48,591 nt of DNA from Methanobacterium sp. (GTDB lineage: Archaea; Methanobacteriota; Methanobacteria; Methanobacteriales; Methanobacteriaceae): positions 1-48,591 of the forward strand of contig PMWA01000080.1 of the NCBI GenBank assembly GCA_003166335.1, written 5' to 3'. The translations under genes and the position numbers were made by a program. Below, in pieces: positions 44,120 through 48,591 of this stretch. Every line of letters begins with the position of its first letter. Within the stretch, counting starts at the first letter, position 1. Under the pieces are notes generated by a model. The model made no database searches. It was not told the DNA's origin and saw only the letters and a program-made list of their open reading frames with translations.

Positions 44120-44311
44120 TTACTTGCTTGTCCGTAAGATCGCATACATGGGTGGGTGCTTATTAGTTTGAATATAGTTTATCTGAACTTCATTTTCTAT
44201 AATCTGGATGTTTTTGTAGTTAATGCAATAATATTTAATAGGGTTACCAGGAATATTTAATTATCACAGGTGGATTTAATAGGGGAAATAGTGAAGCGTT
44301 GGGGATAAGAA

Positions 44312-44959
44312 ATGAAGAAAAGATATATCATAGGTGTTATGCTTATTTGTTTTATAGTGTTTATTTTCATTCTAGGAAACATAGGGTCTACAAATAATGG
44401 AAAAAATCCTCAAATAGCTTATAACACTTATACTAATCAGAATATGTCATTTGAATACCCTGCAGATTGGCAAGCTGAAAATAATGATGCGGGAGGAGTT
44501 AATGTATATAATGGTACGCAAAATAATTATACGGAATGGTTTACTGTTAATACTGTAAGTATGGCTGATTACAGTTTAATTGCTACAGTCATCTCAGAAA
44601 TTCAATCACCAAATGTTCAAACTAATGATAACATTTCAATAGCTACAATTCAAAATCAAATTCTTAATAACAGTACATTAGCTACAATTATCTCAGATAT
44701 TCAACCAAACATTATCCAAAATCAAACCATTAATAACAGTTCAATAGCTTCAATCAGCTCAACTCTTGAAGCATCAACTATACAGAATCAAACTATTAAT
44801 AACACAAACTATACATCAGTTGATCCCAATCCAGATAGTAGTGTTGGAAATTATAGTTGGAAATATTGTTTTTTCACTAAAAATAATGAAGGTGTAGTAG
44901 TCGCAGGTTACGTTGATAATATTACAATTTTAGAACACGTTGTAGCTACATTTAATTAA
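44312..44959 (+). CDS. Anchored/secreted PsbP-like protein with internal repeats
   Basis: N-terminal TM, SFEYPADW, three IQNQxxNN repeats. Confidence 0.7.
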   Translation: MKKRYIIGVMLICFIVFIFILGNIGSTNNGKNPQIAYNTYTNQNMSFEYPADWQAENNDAGGVNVYNGTQNNYTEWFTVNTVSMADYSLIATVISEIQSPNVQTNDNISIATIQNQILNNSTLATIISDIQPNIIQNQTINNSSIASISSTLEASTIQNQTINNTNYTSVDPNPDSSVGNYSWKYCFFTKNNEGVVVAGYVDNITILEHVVATFN

Positions 44960-45640
44960 AAGAATCAAGGCAGTGAAATTATAGCATTTTCATTCATATT
45001 ATACTAGGTCCTAAAACAGATAAAAAATGCCTGCTATTTCTATAAATCGATATAATCTTAAGGAAATTCAATTTGATAGATAACGATTTAAAATTAGCTA
45101 TTGAACTTTTAAAATTAAAAAATTTTCCTAATCTGTAAAAAATTTAATTTAGTTTGATTAAATGAAAACTACATGGCTGAGCATACTCCCTGTGCTATAG
45201 GTATGCTAATTTGAAAAAAAAGGTTTTTCTTAAGGGTTTTGAAAGCTGTTTTGAGTGATTCTGAAATTCACGGTCCTTGTGTCAATTATCACATTTATTT
45301 AAGTAAGTATAAATATTGTAAATTGATTCTTCGTTTATGATGTGTGGTTCTCATAGCAACATTTTAGTTTAAAACTGGGATTACTACTTGGAAACCACTT
45401 AAATACACCATAAGTAGTAAACGTTACAAATACTACACCTACGGTTAACAATTCTACTAATAACTTCAGAATTCATATCAATTTACCTATTACTTACTTT
45501 TAGAACATAATGTTACTTTTATTTTCATGAGGTATTTAAATAATTATAGGTATAAATGTATCGAACATCTCTAATCTAAAAATTTATGAATTTAGCAAAA
45601 AAAATGGAATGAAATATTTTGATAAATCTAGGTGTAAATT

Positions 45641-46219
45641 ATGAAAATAATGGTTATAACAAGTAGTCCCAATAAAGAAGGTTTAACCGAAAGCTGCGGT
45701 GAAGCTGCAAAAAAAGGAATTGAAAAAGGAAACGGCGAAGCAATAATGGTCCGTTTGAATGATTTAAATATTCTTAAATGCGAAGCATGTGAGCAGGGTT
45801 GGGGAATCTGCTTGAAAGGTAATAAATGTATTTTGGAGGATGATTTCGAGAAGGTGCATGAAGCGATGGGTGAAGTTGATGGTTTTGTTGTTATAACTCC
45901 TGTATACTTTCATGATATGAGTGAATCAGCCAAGATGTTCTTCGACAGATTAAGAAGGTGCGAAGCGAATCTTCATTTTAACCGTGAAAAAGTAAACATA
46001 ACAGAGAAAAAGCCGTTTATATGCGTGGCAGCCGCAGGTGGCGGTGGAAGTGGAACTCTTTCATGTTTAACTAATATGGAAAGATTATTTTTCCACCTGA
46101 ACAAGATTGACTATTCAAATCTTAAAAAATTTGATTATATTGGTGTTACTCAGAGAAATAAAGAATATATGCTCGATGCAATAGAAGCAAGTGCTTTTAA
46201 AATGGCTAAAGGCGAATAA
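45641..46219 (+). CDS. Flavodoxin-like iron-sulfur flavoprotein / FMN reductase family protein
   Basis: SSPNKEGLT, CEAC..GWGIC....C...DD, TPVYF. Confidence 0.9.
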   Translation: MKIMVITSSPNKEGLTESCGEAAKKGIEKGNGEAIMVRLNDLNILKCEACEQGWGICLKGNKCILEDDFEKVHEAMGEVDGFVVITPVYFHDMSESAKMFFDRLRRCEANLHFNREKVNITEKKPFICVAAAGGGGSGTLSCLTNMERLFFHLNKIDYSNLKKFDYIGVTQRNKEYMLDAIEASAFKMAKGE

Positions 46220-46280
46220 TTTATGGATAAAATTTGTACTTGTATTCAACTCCATAGCAGGAATAGGAGGTTATATCCTG

Positions 46281-46508
46281 TTAGGAATGTTTTGTTAATA
46301 AATCAATTCCTTTTTGAAATTTCTTATAATCATCTAAATTGAAAACTAAAACAATATCACCCGTTTTAAACTTATCGAAGTCATTTTTATAATCATCAAC
46401 AAGTTTAACAAATTTACCTGTGAATTTACCCGCATATGCTTTAATATCCCCTAAACAAAGTATTTCTCCTTTTTCCATAGCTTCCTCAAATTCCTTAAAA
46501 TATTCCAT
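46281..46508 (-). CDS. Hypothetical protein
   Basis: Clean ORF with GGAGTTGG upstream. Confidence 0.6.
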   Translation of the reverse strand: MEYFKEFEEAMEKGEILCLGDIKAYAGKFTGKFVKLVDDYKNDFDKFKTGDIVLVFNLDDYKKFQKGIDLLTKHS

Positions 46509-46693
46509 TTTACCAACTCCGGAAGGATTTTACTAAATTAAATTAATTCAATTATGGATTTTAAAGATTTTTAATTTTTTTTTAACATTGAAATTGTACT
46601 ACTGTAAAACACATCTATGATGAAGTAGATTTCTCATTTGTACAATGAAATATTGATTTAAAAAATGTTAGATATGTCCATGTATGGTTTAAT

Positions 46694-48415
46694 TCACATA
46701 GCCAGATGGCGGTAAAATGGTTTAAGGAGACACGTAGGATGTGTATCATACCCATTGTTGTTTAATTTTGAACTTGATAATAACAATTCATTTTTTGCAC
46801 GAGATATTCCCACATTCAATAATTTTAGGCTTTTAATCCATTCAAATTCCCCTAATTCGCCATTACACTCATTACATGAAAGATAAAAAGGCAAAGATCC
46901 ACTGTCAAGGCCACAAATAATTACTTTTTCAAATTCTAATCCTTTAACACCATGGATTGTTGAAAGAAATATCTTATTTTTTATTTCCTTTTTCAGAATC
47001 TCTCCCCAATTGATCTCTAATAAAATTTCATTGGAAAAAACTTTTACCTTCTCAGATAAAGTTATTGAATATTTCTTATCATATTTTTTGGATAATTTAA
47101 CTAAAATTTTTAAAATATCATCTGTGTTGGATATTCCAATTCTTTCAGCAATATCCTTAAGGATTTCTTCTAATTTACCTTGAATTCTGGAAACACTTTT
47201 TAATTCTTCAAATAATGTGTTATATTTCTTCTCTATTTCAATACCTTTAAAATCAGGTATACAAATGTATTCATTTTCATTAAGTCTACTTTTTATAATA
47301 TCTAAATTATATCCAAGTGGAGCTATAATTGCTACATCGTGAAGATTAATCTTTTCCTCTTTAAAATCTTCAATTTTTCTAAGAATATAACTGGCTTCGG
47401 ATCCTTTATCATCAAAAATGAAATATTTAGGTTTATTATCCGATACAACTGGAGATAATAAAGTTCTTTCTTCCATAAACCGAGAAATTCCTTCTTTTAA
47501 AGTTTTGATTTCAATTGAATCAAACCTATAATCTCCTTTGAGTTTAATAATTTCACAATTAAATGCTTCTAAGGAATCATCTATATTTTTAGGATCTGCT
47601 CCCTGAAATTCATAAATACCCTGGTTAGGATCAGCTAAAATAAAAACAGACCGATTAGGTATAGATCCATTCCGATTTAATAGTAATCTTAATAATTCAA
47701 ATTGCAAAGGATTCGTATCCTGAAATTCATCTACTAAGATATATTTGAAAACAGCCCTATAATAATTTAGTACGTTTTCGTTGCTTTTTAGTAATTCATA
47801 GCAATAATAAAGAATATGATCAAAATCTAATAAGTTAAGAACATTTAAATCATGCCTAAAATCATGTAAAGCAGTTTCAAAACGATTATCGAAATTTTCA
47901 TCGTGAAAATCTGGATTGAGTTTTAATATTCTCTCATTTTTCCATTTTTTATAACGTTCGAAAATTTCCTGTGCATTTTTTCTCTTTTGATTATATTTAC
48001 TTAAAGAAAAAAACCTGGAGATGCTCAATTTATTTTTGAGGTGAATTTCCCATTCTGTTTCTCCAAGGATAGAAAAATTTCTGTTAACACCACAATGATT
48101 ACCATATGCTTTCAAAATTGAATAAGCAAAAGAATGGAAATTAGTTATGTAAACAAGTCTTTTTGAAGAAGGAACCTCAGTTAAGACCATTTTTTTCATT
48201 TGATCTGCAGCTGTATTTGAAAAAGTTAATCCCAAAATTTTATATGGATATCTAACAGCATGTATCTTAATCAGGAATTCCATTCGCTTAGCCATTACCA
48301 ATGTTTTTCCTGCACCTGGAGGGGCTAATACTAACAAAGATTTTTCTTTACATGCATAAACAGATTCTTTTTGTTCATCATCTAAAATAATATGTCCATC
48401 ATCAAAATTAGTCAT
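46694..48415 (-). CDS. UvrD/Rep-like SF1 helicase, GajB-like
   Basis: APPGAGKT, LTFSN, NFHSF, LVDEFQDT, DPNQGIYEFQGA, STIHGVKGLEF, VGISRAK; start refined to ATG 48415. Confidence 0.88.
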   Translation of the reverse strand: MTNFDDGHIILDDEQKESVYACKEKSLLVLAPPGAGKTLVMAKRMEFLIKIHAVRYPYKILGLTFSNTAADQMKKMVLTEVPSSKRLVYITNFHSFAYSILKAYGNHCGVNRNFSILGETEWEIHLKNKLSISRFFSLSKYNQKRKNAQEIFERYKKWKNERILKLNPDFHDENFDNRFETALHDFRHDLNVLNLLDFDHILYYCYELLKSNENVLNYYRAVFKYILVDEFQDTNPLQFELLRLLLNRNGSIPNRSVFILADPNQGIYEFQGADPKNIDDSLEAFNCEIIKLKGDYRFDSIEIKTLKEGISRFMEERTLLSPVVSDNKPKYFIFDDKGSEASYILRKIEDFKEEKINLHDVAIIAPLGYNLDIIKSRLNENEYICIPDFKGIEIEKKYNTLFEELKSVSRIQGKLEEILKDIAERIGISNTDDILKILVKLSKKYDKKYSITLSEKVKVFSNEILLEINWGEILKKEIKNKIFLSTIHGVKGLEFEKVIICGLDSGSLPFYLSCNECNGELGEFEWIKSLKLLNVGISRAKNELLLSSSKLNNNGYDTHPTCLLKPFYRHLAM

Positions 48416-48416
48416 C

Positions 48417-48590
48417 TCAAACATCCTGAGAATTTTTAGATAACTTCTTAGCGTGTTCAATAGCTTTAATGAACTTCGAAGGTATTTCTTTTTTATCTAG
48501 GTTTTCAGCTAACAACCTACCCAGGGTATAACCTTTCTCATCTTTCATCAAGCTTTTGAACTTTGGTCGCAATTTATCAAACTCTTTAAT
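48417..48590 (-). CDS. C-terminus of the upstream gene (5'-partial), resembling OLD/TOPRIM nuclease (GajA-like) ends
   Basis: IKEFDKLRPKFKSLMKDEKGYTLGRLLAENLDKKEIPSKFIKAIEHAKKLSKNSQDV*; stop one base before the helicase ATG. Confidence 0.55.
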   Translation of the reverse strand: MKEFDKLRPKFKSLMKDEKGYTLGRLLAENLDKKEIPSKFIKAIEHAKKLSKNSQDV

Positions 48591-48591
48591 T

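Noticed and set aside
45180..45470. Hairpin AGCATAC/GTATGCT and a broken frame LGLLLGNHLNTP*VVNVTNTTPTVNNS
   Set aside because: Suggests a decayed secreted-protein gene but too weak to call.
46593..46647. Nested inverted repeats ATTGTAC/GTACAAT and ATCTA/TAGAT around a C-box-like ATGATGA
   Set aside because: Short AT-rich stems are expected by chance, and there is no D box.

Overview
AT-rich DNA from a methanogenic archaeon; gene content and order indicate Methanobacteriales, most like Methanobacterium. A core block at about 10-35 kb carries a Na+/solute symporter, PRC-barrel gene, pyrE, moaB, NOB1, DUF2117, methanogenesis markers 2/3/6/5/15/17, a NifB-like radical SAM gene, mtnA, UDG, trm5, dph5 and hdrCB. 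Accessory regions flank it on both sides. The best find is a 4,336-bp unit transposon at 1576-5911 with 23-bp terminal inverted repeats (20/23 match) and a perfect 9-bp target duplication CATTCACCT. It has one internal IS6-like DDE transposase and carries a single-chain restriction-methyltransferase-specificity gene plus two small genes missing from the ORF track, one AbrB-like. Other notable items: a GC-rich structured RNA candidate upstream of moaB, an HdrC with two possible in-frame starts, a decaying CheB/CheR-response regulator pair, several pseudogenes, dispersed repeats around a DedA gene and a probable Gabija-like pair cut by the right edge. No CRISPR array, rRNA or tRNA was seen. All family calls come from motif recognition by eye; no searches were run.
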